From: Octopus vulgaris
Taxonomy: Eukaryota
Reading direction: 5' to 3'
DNA: 64,000 nt
Assembly (NCBI GenBank): GCA_951406725.2
Contig: OX597822.1
Span: forward strand, 66,960,001-67,024,000
Shown: in pieces, positions 13,916 through 28,294 of the stretch
Numbering within the stretch: the first letter of the stretch is position 1
How the letters are laid out: each line of letters begins with the position of its first letter
The notes under the pieces: model-generated
Database searches by the model: none
Seen by the model: only the letters and a program-made list of their open reading frames with translations
What the model was told of the DNA's origin: nothing
Position numbers and translations under genes: made by a program

Positions 13916-14059
13916 CCATCTCATAAATAATACGTTTTCAATTGCATGAACTAAAAGTGGAAGGGGAACGGGATAAACTACTTCCATCAACTTGCTATAA
14001 CAGCAGGTAGTAATATTACTTTGTGCTTATTCATAGTGCGAATTTTGAAGGGCGCAGTT

Positions 14060-14475
14060 CGACTTTTAACAGATATTTTTTCAAAGCTATAAAGGAAGTG
14101 AGAAAGGGGCGTATTTCAATAAAGGCAACAACGCAACGGAGAGTACGAAGATTATTATAGAGTATTCGGGGATCAGGCAATAAGCGTAATCTAGTATAAA
14201 TGGTGAGGATGACATTCCAAAGGCTGAGGTTGTTTGAATGGGAAACGATGCCCCACACACCAGATTCGCCGGACATGGCCCCATCTGATTATCGTCTATT
14301 CCCCAGTCTACAAAATCATGTGGATGGAAAAAATATGAATTCTGTAGACGAGGCCAGAACGGTACTAGAAGAGTATTTTTCGCCACGGACACGTTAATTT
14401 TAGAAGAGGGGTCTTGGAAGTCTATCAGACAGATGGAAGAGCATTGTGAGAAATTGAAAGAGGGTATATTTTTAA
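14060..14475 (+). pseudogene. mariner transposase C-terminal remnant
   Basis: WETMPHTPDSPDMAPSDYRLFPSLQNHVDGK...LSDRWKSIV matches the mariner motif HPPYSPDLAPSDY. Confidence 0.9.
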
Positions 14476-14490
14476 TTTCTTCTCTCCACA

Positions 14491-14521
<31 letters not shown>

Positions 14522-14559
14522 CTCTATCTCTCAATCTCTCACACTCTTCTATCTCTGCC

Positions 14560-14745
14560 CAGGCGTGGCTGTGTGGTAAGAAGCTTGCTTCGCAACCACA
14601 TGGTTCCAGGTTCAGTCCCAGTGAGTGAAACCTTGGGCTAATGTCTTCTGCGAAAGCGTCGAGCCGACCAAAGACTTGTGAATGAATTTAGTGGATGGAA
14701 ACTGAAACAAACACTTCGTATACATATGTATATCTTTGTGTTTCA
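14560..14745 (+). mobile_element. SINE family A-related, older and partial
   Basis: GTGGCTGTGTGGTAAGAAGCTTGCTTCGCAACCACATGGTTCCAGGTTCAGTCCC head. Confidence 0.8.
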
Positions 14746-14819
14746 GTTTGCTCTATAAGATAGTGTGTTTTGGTTTTTATAAAATTTTATTGATTTTTGT
14801 GTATATTCTGATAATTAAA

Positions 14820-15660
14820 ATGGAATAAACTAAACTAAAGTGGACTAAACTAAGTATTTTCGGCATCATTTACTTTTTGCATTTGATCGAGGTGTTAATG
14901 CCGGCGAAGCTGCTCGTGAGATTTGTACTGTGTATGGAGCAGGAACTATGCCTCAAATTCCCACTCACTGTTAGTTTTCGCGCTTCAAAGATGGGTATCT
15001 TGATCTCTTGATCACACCCCGGTCGACCAAATTCGATGAAGAGCGATTTAATCAACCGCTTCACGAAAATCCATGTCAAACAACCTCAGAATTGGCGGAG
15101 TAGATGGAATGTGATACAAAAAACTGTGGTGAGCCACTCAATGGGCAAGGTTCAGAAACTCGGCGCTTGGGTGCCACACACATTGAGCGAAAACAACAAA
15201 ACTCAACACTCCACAAACGCCGCCAGTTTCGTCGCTCGACAATGCTTAACACATGGACACAAACCGCGATTTATTTATTGTATTGTCAGTGGCGATGGAA
15301 AATGACCTCTTTACGTCAATATGATGCTGTGAAAAAAAAAAGGCTCAGCCACGACAAACAAGTGCCTCCGTGAGCAAAACAAGGCCTTCCTCCACCAAAG
15401 TCCATGTTGAATGCATGGTGAGACTGAGAAAGTATAATTCACCACGAAGTGCTTGAGCGCAACGGAACTCTCAATGCAGAGCTCTACGTTCAATAGCTGC
15501 ACGGACTCAACGAAGCAATTCAGCAAAAAAAGACCAAATTGGTAAATGGCGTTCCTCTGCAACACGGCAATGGCCGTTCTCACATAACCAATATGACAAT
15601 AGCCGCGATTCAAGAACTCGTATGGGAAGTGCTACCTCATCCTCCATATTCTCCAGATAT
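14820..15660 (+). pseudogene. Degenerate mariner transposase (N-terminus to YSPD)
   Basis: GKVQKLGAWVPHTLSENNK (WVPHEL motif), IVSGDGK (TGDEKW motif) and HPPYSPD near 15640. Many frameshifts and stops. Confidence 0.92.
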
Positions 15661-15699
15661 ATATCGCAATGACTGACCGCTAGCCACAAAAGCTTTTTT

Positions 15700-15830
15700 T
15701 ATACTCTCTTTATTTTTTCGTGTTCCTTATTGTTGAAAAGCGTAGGCTCGAAACGTAAAAGACTTTCTTACCTTCCCAATCGTTAAAATAATACACATGT
15801 TTGTTGTTTTTGCTTTTCTGTAAATTCCAA
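15700..15830 (+). mobile_element. Family H2 solo repeat with degenerate HHR
   Basis: TTGTTGA-AAAGCGTAGGCTC-GAAACGTA-AAAGAC. Its 3' end abuts (TA)n. Confidence 0.7.
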
Positions 15831-15835
15831 ATATA

Positions 15836-15885
<50 letters not shown>

Positions 15886-16198
15886 AATGTTGTTGCTAAA
15901 ACACGTTTTTTGTCTATCCCCTTATCGTCTTGGAGATTTTAGGTAAAATTATACTAATATGTCCTTCTAAATTAATTAAATACTATGTCTTTGTGCAGCG
16001 GAAGATTGCTCTACATTTTAAATTGATGGAATGAAATATTTGCATTGTTCAATTAAATGGAGTCACATGAAACGACCGTACTGCATTACCTCTGGATATC
16101 CTTGTTCCTTATTTTGACTTTAATCATCTCATTTTGTAATTGTATGGATAATAACGTACTAAATTCTGGTGCATCTTCTTAAGTACCATATTCACCTG

Positions 16199-16288
<90 letters not shown>

Positions 16289-16359
16289 CTTGCATACATA
16301 CACATATGTATGTTTGTGTGCGTGTGTGGTTCCTCGCATTTTTTTCGAATGATTCGACT

Positions 16360-16560
16360 TCGCTGTCTTGGGGCGATGGACTGGTGAGTATTCCTCCTGA
16401 ACGGAACGCCAACCTATCGTAGGGTTGCCTGTTTGCAGCTAAGCTGACTGATGCAATATATAATGAAGAGTTTTACTCTAGGACACAACACATTACTGGT
16501 GTGAGTTCGATCTCCCAATCGTGATTGTTACATCCTAATCAGTAACTCACGCACCTTAAT
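16360..16560 (-). mobile_element. Old degenerate SINE
   Basis: CTGAACGGAACGCCAACCTATCGTAG resembles CTGGATGGGACGCCGGTCCGTCGCAG in the SINE at 49420-49650. Confidence 0.45.
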
Positions 16561-16715
16561 ACACACACACATGCACACACAGACACACACACGCACATAT
16601 ACACACACATACGCACATACACACGTATGTGTGCAGGATTTATTAATCCATTGTTCTAAATTCTACTATTTTGTCGAACTGATTGTGAACTGACGCTGAA
16701 TATTTCTCCCTCTTC

Positions 16716-16747
<32 letters not shown>

Positions 16748-17884
16748 TGGTAGTGGTGGTGGTTGTGGTGGTTGCGGTGGTGGTGGTGGTAGAATTTGCA
16801 GCAGCAGCAGCAACAACGGCAGCAGCTGTAGTAGTGTTTTTGCTCCTGATTTGTAGCCCGTCTGAATTTTGAGCAGTTGCTTGGGTCGTTTATTGTCTTG
16901 CAACTGAGTGGGCATACTCCGAGTCGTCTGTATTCACTAAATCATACAAAGCATCCCCTACTCTTATCCTGTTTTTACTTTATGTTCAAGTATGAGGCTG
17001 TTGGTATTTACTCCCTGTGTCTTATATATTTATTTATTTATTTGTGATCGGGCACATCTCCGAACCCTGGTGATTAAGGGAGATTTTGTGGTTAGCTTTA
17101 ACAGTACAACGATTATATAATGGATTCTTCTTCCGACCAACCTTAAAGGTAGTGATACTTTCATAAATATTCGTTGTGTTGGTTCACCTGAGAGTTTCTT
17201 TTCTTGTTCAGCAATGGCCCTTCCTCTCACATTGGTCAAAGTGTCATACATACTAATGCAGTTTTAAGTGTCTCGGGATATTTATTCTGTGCTATAAACT
17301 TCAAAGTGGACATTAGACCCTGTAGTTAATTGCCATTGATTACGCTATCCAAGTTAATATTTATATAATTTGTTCTTTATAAAGATTCTGTTTGTCTTTG
17401 TTTGTGTAATGAAAACTTTGCAGTGATTGTTCACTCTTTTTGACACGTTTCTATTCACAGATCAAATACGTGTTGCAATTTACCGAAACAAGAACCAGTG
17501 TAAAGTACGCAGATTACACAGCTTATCTATATTCTTTCTGATATCAAAATATAATTAGATCAAATAACTGTAACTATTTCCACATTAATCAGAGCGATAT
17601 TTCAAGTTGTTTCTGATGTCAGAAACACGAGTTGGAAACAATAAAACAATAAATGTTTCTCATAATTACAATTTCGAGAAGATAAGAGATGAAGAGATAC
17701 AGTAAGTATAAATATAATTGAACAAGTAGTTTTGTTTTACATGAAGTCATATTCGCTGTAATTGTTAGCGGATATCACAGAACAGTTATATAATTTCTTG
17801 CATCTATGTCTCTCTCGTAAATGTTAAGCTGGTAGAAATTTCTGGTGAATTTAGACCTGATTGAACAGCATCTCGTATATATAA

Positions 17885-18763
17885 GTGTGTGACCGCGTGT
17901 GTACCGTTGGTGATTTTTTCCCTCCGTCTTCCCTTCCTTTTCCTATGTTTCTGACGAAGAGCTACGCTCGAAACGTTGAATCCTCCTTTCTTTCCTTTCC
18001 TGAGCGTCCAATAACACTTTACTTGTTCCACGTCCTCGCGTTGTTGTGTTTTCTCTTTGTGTTTTCATGTTTGGATTAACTTTATATACCGCACGCTCAC
18101 ACGGAACCCGGCCTTCTGACTGACTTGGATAACCAATTCCTGGATTTTTACACCTACGGATTACTGTTACCATTTATCCGGAGTACGCCACTGTAATGGT
18201 GATTGGAAATCATCAAAAAATTTGTCCGTGACTCTTCCACTTTTTCTCGTCCTCTTTTTACCTTTCTTCTTCTACTTCCACTTTTCTACTTTTGTCGCCA
18301 CCATTTACACCTACACAGACATTCACACCCTCTCACCATGCCTCACCTGCACTCCTTCCTACAACACCTTTAAACCTTTCTTTGCCGTTTTCTTGCCTTC
18401 CCCCTCCCTCCCTCCCAATGCTTGCAATCCGCAAAAAAACTCTCTCACTTAATTTTTAGAAAAACTCGCCACTCAAACCATCTCTCTTTTCTTCGCCGTT
18501 GCCTCCGCCATCACGTCACACTTCATGGCTTCCTCTTGAAGTTCGACGCCAGCCATTCAATATGTGACCACGTGTATATCGTTGCCGATTTTTTCCTTCC
18601 GTCTTCCCCTTCTTGGATCTTTCTTTCTCCTATGTTTCTGACGAAGAGCTCCGCTCGAAATGTTAAATCCTCCTTTCTTCCCTTTCCTGAGCGTCCAATA
18701 ACACTATACTTGTTCCATGCCCTCGCGTTGTTGTGTTTTCTCTTAGTGTTTTCATGTTTGGAT

Positions 18764-18768
<5 letters not shown>
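17885..18768 (+). mobile_element. Non-autonomous PLE derivative: HHR repeat, 5' region and ORF N-terminus, HHR repeat
   Basis: Direct repeats 17885-18082 and 18563-18768 each carry CTGACGA-A-GAGC-nnn-GCTC-GAAA. Between them is KKLSHLIFRKTRHSNHLSFLRRCLRHHVTLHGFLLKF, like the PLE N-terminal H..FL..C....IP.G..L motif. Confidence 0.8.
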
Positions 18769-18825
<57 letters not shown>

Positions 18826-18934
18826 CGCATATTACCGAATAATTGTGACATATAACATTTACAGATAAATTCCTCTATTTACATAATATCGAAGTTTCTT
18901 TCATTCTGTTGTTGTCTTACCATTTCTATCAATA

Positions 18935-19031
<97 letters not shown>

Positions 19032-19297
19032 CCCCTTTTAAACATTTTATGTTTCAAACCCAAAGATAAACATCTAATGGCAGAATGTTGTAGAAGTTGA
19101 GTTCTGTCTATCGTCATTTAATAGTAGTTTTATCTGACTGTTTATAACCATCAATATTTGAAGACTGATGTCACTCTTCGAAACAATACCTAGTAAAAAT
19201 TGATGTTTATTCAGATATATATATATATATGAAACACAAGTCTACACTCACTTACACGTACGTATACACACATGTATTATTACTGGCTCTGCCTTAA

Positions 19298-20045
19298 AGC
19301 GGCGAGCTGGCAGAAACGTTAGCAAGTCGGGCGAAATGCTGAGCAGCATTTCGTCTGCCGTTACGTTCTGAGTTCAAATTCCACCGAGGTCGACTTTGCC
19401 TTCCATCCTTTGGGAGTCGATTAAATAAGTACCAGTTACGTACTGGGGTCGATATAATGGACTTAATCTGTTTGTCTGTCCTTCTTTGTCCCCTCTGTGT
19501 TTAACCCCTTGTGGGCAGTAAAGAAACAGGTATTTCGTCTGCCGCTACGTTCTGAGTTCAAATTCAGCCGATGTCGACTTTGCTTTAAATCCTTTCGGGG
19601 TCCATTCATTAAGTACCAGTTACGCACTGGGGTCAATGTAATCGACTTAATTCCTTTGTCTGTCCTTGTTTGTCCCCTCTATGTTTAGCCCCTTGTGGGC
19701 AATAAAGAAATAAGAAACATTAGCACGCCGGGCGAAATGCGTAGAAGTATTTCGTCTGTCTTTACGTTCTGAGTTCAAATTCCGCCGAGGTCAACTTTGC
19801 ATTTCATCCTTTCGGAGTCGATAAATTAAGTACCAGTTGCATACTGGGGTCAATCCAATCGACTGGCCCCCCTCCCCAAAATTTCGGGCCTCGTACCGAG
19901 AGTAGAAAAGATACGTTGGCACGCCGGACGAAATGCTTAGCGACATTCTGTTCGTCTTTACGTCCTGAGTTCAAATTTCACCGATGACGACTTTGTCTAT
20001 CATCTTTTTTTTGGGGGGTGGGATCAATAAATTAAGTACCAAAAC
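19298..20045 (+). mobile_element. SINE family B tandem multimer (about 4 units)
   Basis: Repeated TTCGTCTG..TTACGTTCTGAGTTCAAATTC..GTCGACTTTG units near 19350, 19530, 19750 and 19950. Confidence 0.9.
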
Positions 20046-20679
20046 TTTCACGACATGCGCCTTTGTAGAATGATTTATTACTGGATCTTCCTAGAAAGGT
20101 AACATATTAATAGCGAAACGTATTTATGTAGAACATTAAGGTCTGTAGTCCAAGTGAGGCACGCGTCTGCATATGCAATATACCTACGGATAAAGTATTT
20201 GTGCTTGGCACTCGAAGCTAACATTATTTAATCGTAAATTCACTAGTATAGTAACTGCTCATAGCACTGACGTGACCATACTAGGGGATGCGCAATTACA
20301 GGACGTCGCCATTTCATAGTTAAATACCATGAGCATGAAGAATAATACCAAAAACGTTACACTAGCAGTCAGAAATCCGTGTCACTTTTGATTACTTAGT
20401 TCTCTAGAACGTTTATATAAAAATGTTGAAAGTATCACATGAATTTAAATGGAGAGTAGGATTGCTAAAGAATGTTGCCTTTTGAACTAGCGTATCAAGA
20501 CATGTTGTGTCCTTGTAATTATAAATCTCCTATAAGACATTAATTCTGAGAAAAATTCGAAGGTACGTGGAGAAAATTTAGGGTATATAGCTGAAATATT
20601 ACCCCGGAAATTGAAACCACAGCGCAATGTTTTTTATTTCCAGCACTCTAAAATATTCACCATAAGATAACTATTATAT

Positions 20680-20915
20680 TACTCTTTTACTCTTATTTGT
20701 TTCAGTCATTTGACTGTGGCCAAGTTGGAGCACCGCATTTAGTCGAGCAAATCGACCCCGGGACTTATTCTTTATAAGCCTAGTACATGTTCTATCGGTC
20801 TCTTTTGCCGAACTGCTAAGTTACGGGGATGTAAACACACCAGCATCGGTTGTCAAGCGATGTTTTTTTGGGTAGAAATGCAGACACATAAACATACACA
20901 CACACACACGCGCGC

Positions 20916-20946
<31 letters not shown>

Positions 20947-21112
20947 TACGATGGGCTTCTTTCAGTTTCCGTCTACCAAATCCACTCACAAGGCTTTGGT
21001 TGGCCCCAGGCTGTAGTAGAAGATACTTGCCCAAGGTGCCACGCAGTGGGACTGAACCCGAAACCATGTGGCTGGTAAGCAAACTACTTACCACCCAGCC
21101 ACTCCTACGCCT
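20680..21112 (-). mobile_element. SINE family A, full length
   Basis: Colinear with the other copies; A and B boxes intact. Confidence 0.92.
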
Positions 21113-23704
21113 AAATAAGAAAATTGTTTTTCGTTAAATTTATAAATACTGTTACACAACTGTTTTTATTGTCTTCAGGCACACTAAAAGAACTTATACG
21201 GTAAACACTGTTTCATGAACATCAGTGAGGCAAACTGATTCAGAGTAGTACAAACAAAAAGATTACGGTGCATCAAAGGCAAAAATTTGAAATGAAAGTA
21301 GAGAAAAATATCAAAAGTGTAATGCGGTAAGTCGTGAAAAAAAAACCCTGTAATTTAATCCAAGAATCGTCTGGGATATAAAAGTAAAACATCTATTTAT
21401 ATTTCTATATATATAGTTTCCGTATGAAAAAAAAAATTACTTTTCAATAAAAATGAAAGAAAAAAAATCAACGAGTTCTGACTGAGCCTAATATCCGATC
21501 CAACAAGCAAATAACATTCACAATATTTTCACCTAATATAGACCATATTGTATGCAATAAATTATTGAAAGAAACCCTAAAAATTAACGTGCCCTATTTT
21601 CATGCCTTTGATCTCAAAATATAGCAATCGATTTTGAAGATTAATTCTCTCTGCATGACTCAGAACCTGTTAATGCTTTGAGAAGGAGTTAGTTAGGGAA
21701 ACATTATGTGAAGACATTAAAGGCATTCTAGTCGGCCTTCAACCCCCAGCTACGTTATTCATTTAGAGATCGGTTTACAGTCGTATACATGGATCCAGTT
21801 ATAGAACTCCAATTAGATAACTACTCAGACTTTGGCCTTCCAATAAATTATAAACTATTAGCCCGAATCCCAGTAAAAAAAAAAAGAGAAAAAAGAATAA
21901 AATTAAATATAACCGAGAAGCAGAAAATTTCCCAGAATGCAACGAGCCAGTGAGCCAATCAAGTAGAGAACCAGTAATGAGATCAGGTTGTCGATAACAT
22001 ACAATCTCCAAGTCTGCATGTCAGCAATTCTTATAATAGAAATTGGCATTCGATTAACACCTTATAGTTTTACAACGATTAGGTTTTGTATTTAACATGC
22101 ACGTCTTCAATGGAAACAGCTTGAATTAAATTGATTAAGAGCAGACGATATCTTACATATCTGTTTTTAGCGTTTTGATTCACTCTTTTTTTAATTTTCT
22201 CATTCTTTTTTTTAGTCATATGTGTATATAAATTTCCTTCATTGGGAATTGGAGGAAGATGAAAGAATTAAAGATACTATTCATACATACACATATATAT
22301 GTGTATATATATGTGTATACAGATATACGTACATACACATATGTGTATACACACACATACAGACATGTATACATACATGCATACATACAAGCATAAATGT
22401 GTGTGTATGTATATATGTTTATACTTATATGACAAAATAAAGTATTTATTAAACAAATATCTATAGAATCCATGAAATAAAGATAGAATTTTTAAAAATA
22501 CGATAAGAAGTGAAAAAGTAGAAACGCAATAATTCCACGTAAAGTTCGGAGCTATGAGAAAGTGATGGGAGGGAAGAGAAATATGGTAAATATAGGGAGA
22601 GGCAGGGAATATTAAACTGTGATACACACACACACACACATGTACACATTCACACACACACACACGTACACATTCACACATGCATGCACGAATATATTTT
22701 GGTTGAAATGCAGACTATGTGAATGAGATCACATGTGCGAAGTTCGATATGAGTCTGCTTATGTGTGTGTCAGCAGCTGCGTGCGCATATGTGTGGGTAA
22801 CTCTGTATATGTGTGTATGATGGCAGCGTGTTGCAGAGAACGCGGTTAATAGCTGGAACGTGTTATTTGAAATAAAACAATAATAGCAATTCCTAAAGTA
22901 ACAGGCACAAAAACAATGATAGCAACAGGAACAAAAGGCATGGCAATAATAAAATCATTAAATATAACAAGGATAATCGATTTTGGATTTTGAAGTGGCG
23001 GGGGTAAGTTGTGTGGGGGGGGTGAGTGATTAAAACAAAAATGTATCGAAGAAAAATAATTTTCAGTTATTTCAATTGATCACGTGTTCTGAAGCTAAAT
23101 TTTTTTTAAAAAAAGAAACGAATACGACGAGCTCCTGTATGCTTTCACTAAAACCAACCACCTGATACCCGCCGCCGTTATGCCTCATTGCTACAGTCAC
23201 AGACCGTCGTTGTTCCCTGCTAATTCTGGATATTGTTTGAACTGTTCACAGCTCAACAATCTCTCTTTGAATACAAAGCCGTTGGCTTTCCATTCCAATA
23301 GTCTAATAAAGAATGTGCTGACGAGCTGATTGCATGCGTTGTACTAGAGAAAAGCCCTTATTCCACTGTTTGAACTGTTCGCTTCACGGGGCCACATGGA
23401 GGGAGGCTGACAGTAATTGCCTTCAGAGTTGTTTTTACCTATTGTTGTGTTTGTTTCAGAAGCGTTGGCATTTATTGTTCTTATTGATGTGATGTTCTTC
23501 TTGATTATCTTTATAATCAGAGAGGTGCAGGTCATGATTATACTTAATCTGTCTTCTTCACATAGAATGTAATCTGGTCATTATCTAATCTAAAATTCGC
23601 TTCTATTTTCCGTTTTGCAACTCAACAAAATTTTCGGATGTTTCTTTTTCCTTTCTCTCTTTCTGTCCCTCTCTCTCTCTCTCCCTCTCTCTCCCTCTCT
23701 CTCT

Positions 23705-24125
<421 letters not shown>

Positions 24126-24499
24126 GCACACACATCTGCAGGAAACTCTAGTTGCTGATGTTTATTTATATGAATTGATTATTCTTGAGCATAAATTGAT
24201 TTGAAATGCAACTGAGGAATTATCACATGATCGGTCCAGTTAAAACTAGATTGAATTAGTACCAGTTCAAAGTACCAGTTCAATGCCAGACACAGTTACT
24301 ATTCAATCGCAGTTTCTATTCTCATCTGTATCTTTAACATTAGAATATATCCCATTCCTGATATAAGTGGCTAACTCATTCAACTTTTATGTGCCACTGG
24401 CATGGGCGCCAGCGAGGCAGCATTGGCATCGACCACATTCGGCTGGAGCTTTTTACGTGCCACCGGCACAGGGGCCAGTCAGGGGAGGCACTGGCATCA

Positions 24500-24659
24500 A
24501 CATTAAATATTATTTGGAATTGTTTTTAAAAAGTTGCTAAAATGTTTTGTGTATTGTAGAAGTATAATGAATTTATTGCACATAAACATTAACAATAAAA
24601 TCTTATAGAGACCCATTGCCCTTCCCAGGATCACATGGCACCCTAGTTGAGAAACACTG
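24500..24659. mobile_element. Probable hAT-type MITE terminus
   Basis: Ends in ...CCCTAGTTGAGAAACACTG (reverse complement CAGTGTTTCTCAAC), typical of Charlie/MER5-like TIRs. Partner TIR not seen. Confidence 0.45.
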
Positions 24660-25009
24660 CTGTAATTGTCTAATAACATAACATTCCAAATGTTGATATA
24701 AAACAATAGCCCAATATATTCTTTAAAAAAAAATCTGTTTATTATTGAGTTAGATATGTGACAACGTATGTATTCATGGACAAAACAAGCTGTGCCACGC
24801 CAATGAGATGTAGAAGGGTGATTCTCCTCTCACAAGATTGTGTATCTACGGAGGTGGACAAATATTTGATGGTGTGAACCGGCATGATCAATGTTTTGGC
24901 CAGAATCTGGAATAAGTTTTAATGCAGAGGATCAGGGAGGAGACAAAGTATTGGTGACAAGAGGAGGAGCCTCGAATGACCATAGGGTACATTGGAGAAG
25001 GCCTGAAAT

Positions 25010-25348
25010 TTCTGTGTAGGGAAGTAGTCGATTACATCGACCCCAGTGCTCGACTGGTACTTATTTTATCGTCAGACGAAATGCCGCTAAGCCTTTTTCC
25101 CAGCTAGCTAACGATTCTTATTTGTTATTTCTTTATTGTTCGCAAGAGCTTAAACATAGAGGGAACAAACAAGGACACACAAAAGTATTAACTCGATTAC
25201 ATCGACACCGGTGCGTAACTGGTACTTAATTTTCGACCCCAAAAGGATGAAAGGCAAAGTCGGACTCGGCGGAATTTGAACTCAGGACGTAGCGACAGAC
25301 GAAATGCCGCTAAGCATTTTGCCCGGCGTGCTAACGATTCTGCCGCCT
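25010..25348 (-). mobile_element. SINE family B (multimer, partial)
   Basis: Reverse complement of the family B head and core. Confidence 0.85.
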
Positions 25349-27769
25349 CCTGACCTTTATATACCATATACATAACGCTAACATAACTTGTATGTAGCCC
25401 TTTTAATGAGATGTTTTTACAGTTCTCATGAACAATATTATTTAACAAGTAGCCTTTTCAAATTTGATAATTACTATTATTTCATTATTTCTCTTCAGTT
25501 TCATCATAAACCTACTTCAGTCATTTTATATAAATGTTTGATATATTATTATTTACTGGTAATGCTTCTCCAAACATTACAACTATTAATACTGTCTGTG
25601 ATTCTTCTTTACAGTTTATATATGATTATCAATTCTAGAAATGTTTGAACAGCTAGATTTGGCGAAACTTCGAAGTGAGTGTCACGTTTCTAAAATAATT
25701 AAATATAAAGCTATAACTGTTACATTGTATTCTTCAGCATTCCAAAACTAATATTGTAATTTGGTTCTCTACTTCTGAAAGTGGAAATATATTTTTATTT
25801 CCGATTTAGTAGAAGAATCGTCGAACTAATTATATATTTATTAGAATTATTAATCGTAGCCGCAACGACTTTTGTTAATGTTAATTTAGGTTTAATTATT
25901 ATCTAAAATATATGATAAACGACAATAAAAATAAATGTAAAAAAGAGCGAAAAATGTGTCTCGAAATATTTGAATGTGCAGAAAATGAATAAAAGAATAA
26001 AAGAAATGTTTAGATGAATACAAAAAAAATAGATGCGATAGAAAGCCGATATCGCGTCAATGTATAGTAATTCAATTGATCTAAGAAACCGAGAATGGTG
26101 TTTTGTGTTTTGGTTGGGGGAACCACGATTTCCAAGAACTCCGATATTTTTTTATGGCATTAGTTATTGTTGGATTAATGGTTACGAGATGATGATGATG
26201 ATGACGACGATGATGATGATCATGATCATCATCATCGTCATCGTCATCATCATTATCGTTATCATCATCCGATTTTATTATGATTGTTTCGTTTCTTCTT
26301 TGAGATTTCCGAATAAAACAAAGATTCTTTCATTGAAAATTGTTCTATTTTACTTTTTTCCGTTTTTCTCCTTTTTCACAAAATTTAGATACCCCTACTC
26401 GACAATAATGAAACAACCACAAAATAACATCAGATCATTAATTTTAAATAATGGAATGAAGCACAAAATTATTTAGAAATCGATAATGACTAAGCACAAA
26501 GGCTCTTAAATTTTTAGTACATTTTAAGGGAGCAGAGCAAGTGAAATATGATACCCTAGTTTTTCCTAAGAGAAAACGCATTAAGGGTGTTAGTGATATA
26601 ATAAGAAGTTTTAAATCGATAATCAAAACCAGAAATAGGCGCTTGGATAACTTTATAATAAACAGAGAACAGAAAGAACCTTAAATAAATAAAAGCTTAT
26701 GATTACATCCGTTATAAATTTGGGTGTATTGAAGATGATCCTCTTGTCATGTTTCTGTGTAGATTTACTGTTAGCCACAATAATTCTCTTCAAATGCAGA
26801 TTGGAGCAAATATTTCAAGTAGGAATTTATTATGCATTATGTAACCGGAATACAACTAAGTGGAACAGATCATTGAGAGATAGCAGCTTCGTTGTTAGAT
26901 ATAGAAGTGGAGACAGGATAAAAATTTCAAGCGTTTGCTATAGTCTCATCACATTTCTCCAATAAATCAATAGAAGCTCCATATATGTTAGAGGATTAAA
27001 AATAGATTACTACGTGTGTCATTTCTGAGAAGCACTAAATAATTCATTCAGTACATCCAGTCAGTTCGATACATCATTTTGTTTCTTCAGATTCATGTTG
27101 AAACTATAGCACAGAAACATCAGAGGGTATAAGCGACTACCTTAGAAGCAGATAGTATCATGTTGGTGCAAAATCAGTAACGGTTTGTATAAAACAATGT
27201 ACATCAGCTCAGTAACTATTTTATTATTCTTATCGAAATAATATCTATTAGAATCTAAAAGTTATGTCAGAAAGGAATAAGATTATTTATTCTGGTAGGA
27301 TTGAATTCTAGAATCCCGAAATCAATGAATTTTTCAAAAATGCTTAGCTACTGATTAGTGGCTGAATAATTTCTTTCGTTGGAAGTTATCAAGATATACG
27401 AATAAAATATCCTTCTAATTCTTTTCAGTACTAAGAGTGATACATGATTTGGAAAGGTTGATATCTGCTGTATTTACTGTCACCGGAAACAAATCCTGTG
27501 GTCAACTACCAAGCAGTATTTCGAGTCACTATAAGCCTTATAATGTAGCTACCGCAACAATAATAGATTAGATCTAAGTGACTGGCCATACAATATATCA
27601 GCTGAAGTCAGCAGTAGCCATTGCATGGACCCAAAGCAGGTGAGCAATAAACGTGTGTATGTATGTATGAATGTATATTTGTATGCATATATGCGTGTAT
27701 GCATGAATATATACATATATTCACAGATATATACAGAGAGACGTATAGAAATGTATATATATCTATATA

Positions 27770-27846
27770 GGGAGAATTCACAAAAAAAAAACAAAAGACG
27801 AAGACAGGTGGTGTAGATGTATTAGTATAACGCTCGGGAATTGAAA
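27770..27846 (-). repeat. Family H2 3' fragment
   Basis: GGAGAATTCAC...AAAAGACGAAGACAGGTGGTGTAGA..ATTAGTATAACGCTCGGGAATTGAAA matches 13715-13803 in reverse. Confidence 0.7.
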
Positions 27847-27990
27847 CATTATTTATATATATATATTTACAGTGAAAGAGAGAGACATAGATAGAGAAAG
27901 GGACATAGATAGATAGAGAGAGAGAAAGAGAAAGAGAGAGAGTGAGATTAAAATTAAAAGGTTAGCGAATAGCACCTTTTTCTCCTAATA

Positions 27991-28028
27991 TTTCCTGACG
28001 ACAAGGTCATAAGCCCGAAATATTGAAA
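27991..28028 (+). ncRNA. Minimal type-I HHR-like motif
   Basis: tttc-CTGACGA-caaggtcataagccc-GAAA-TA-TT-gaaa. Core intact, stem I tttc/gaaa, palindromic AATATT stem III, weak stem II. Confidence 0.55.
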
Positions 28029-28259
28029 ACCACTAGAACTATCAATCAAATTTAATTACATAATTTGTATTGTTTTGCTATTAAAAAGAATTGTAACCAA
28101 CAATATTTTCATATAGACATACATAGACATAGGCACGCACTATATCTATGAATATATGCATACATATAAGTATATTTATGTATGTATATCTATATATGTA
28201 TGTACATGTATATTTATGTATTTGCGTATGTATTTATCTATCTATCTATCGATAGATGA

Positions 28260-28294
<35 letters not shown>

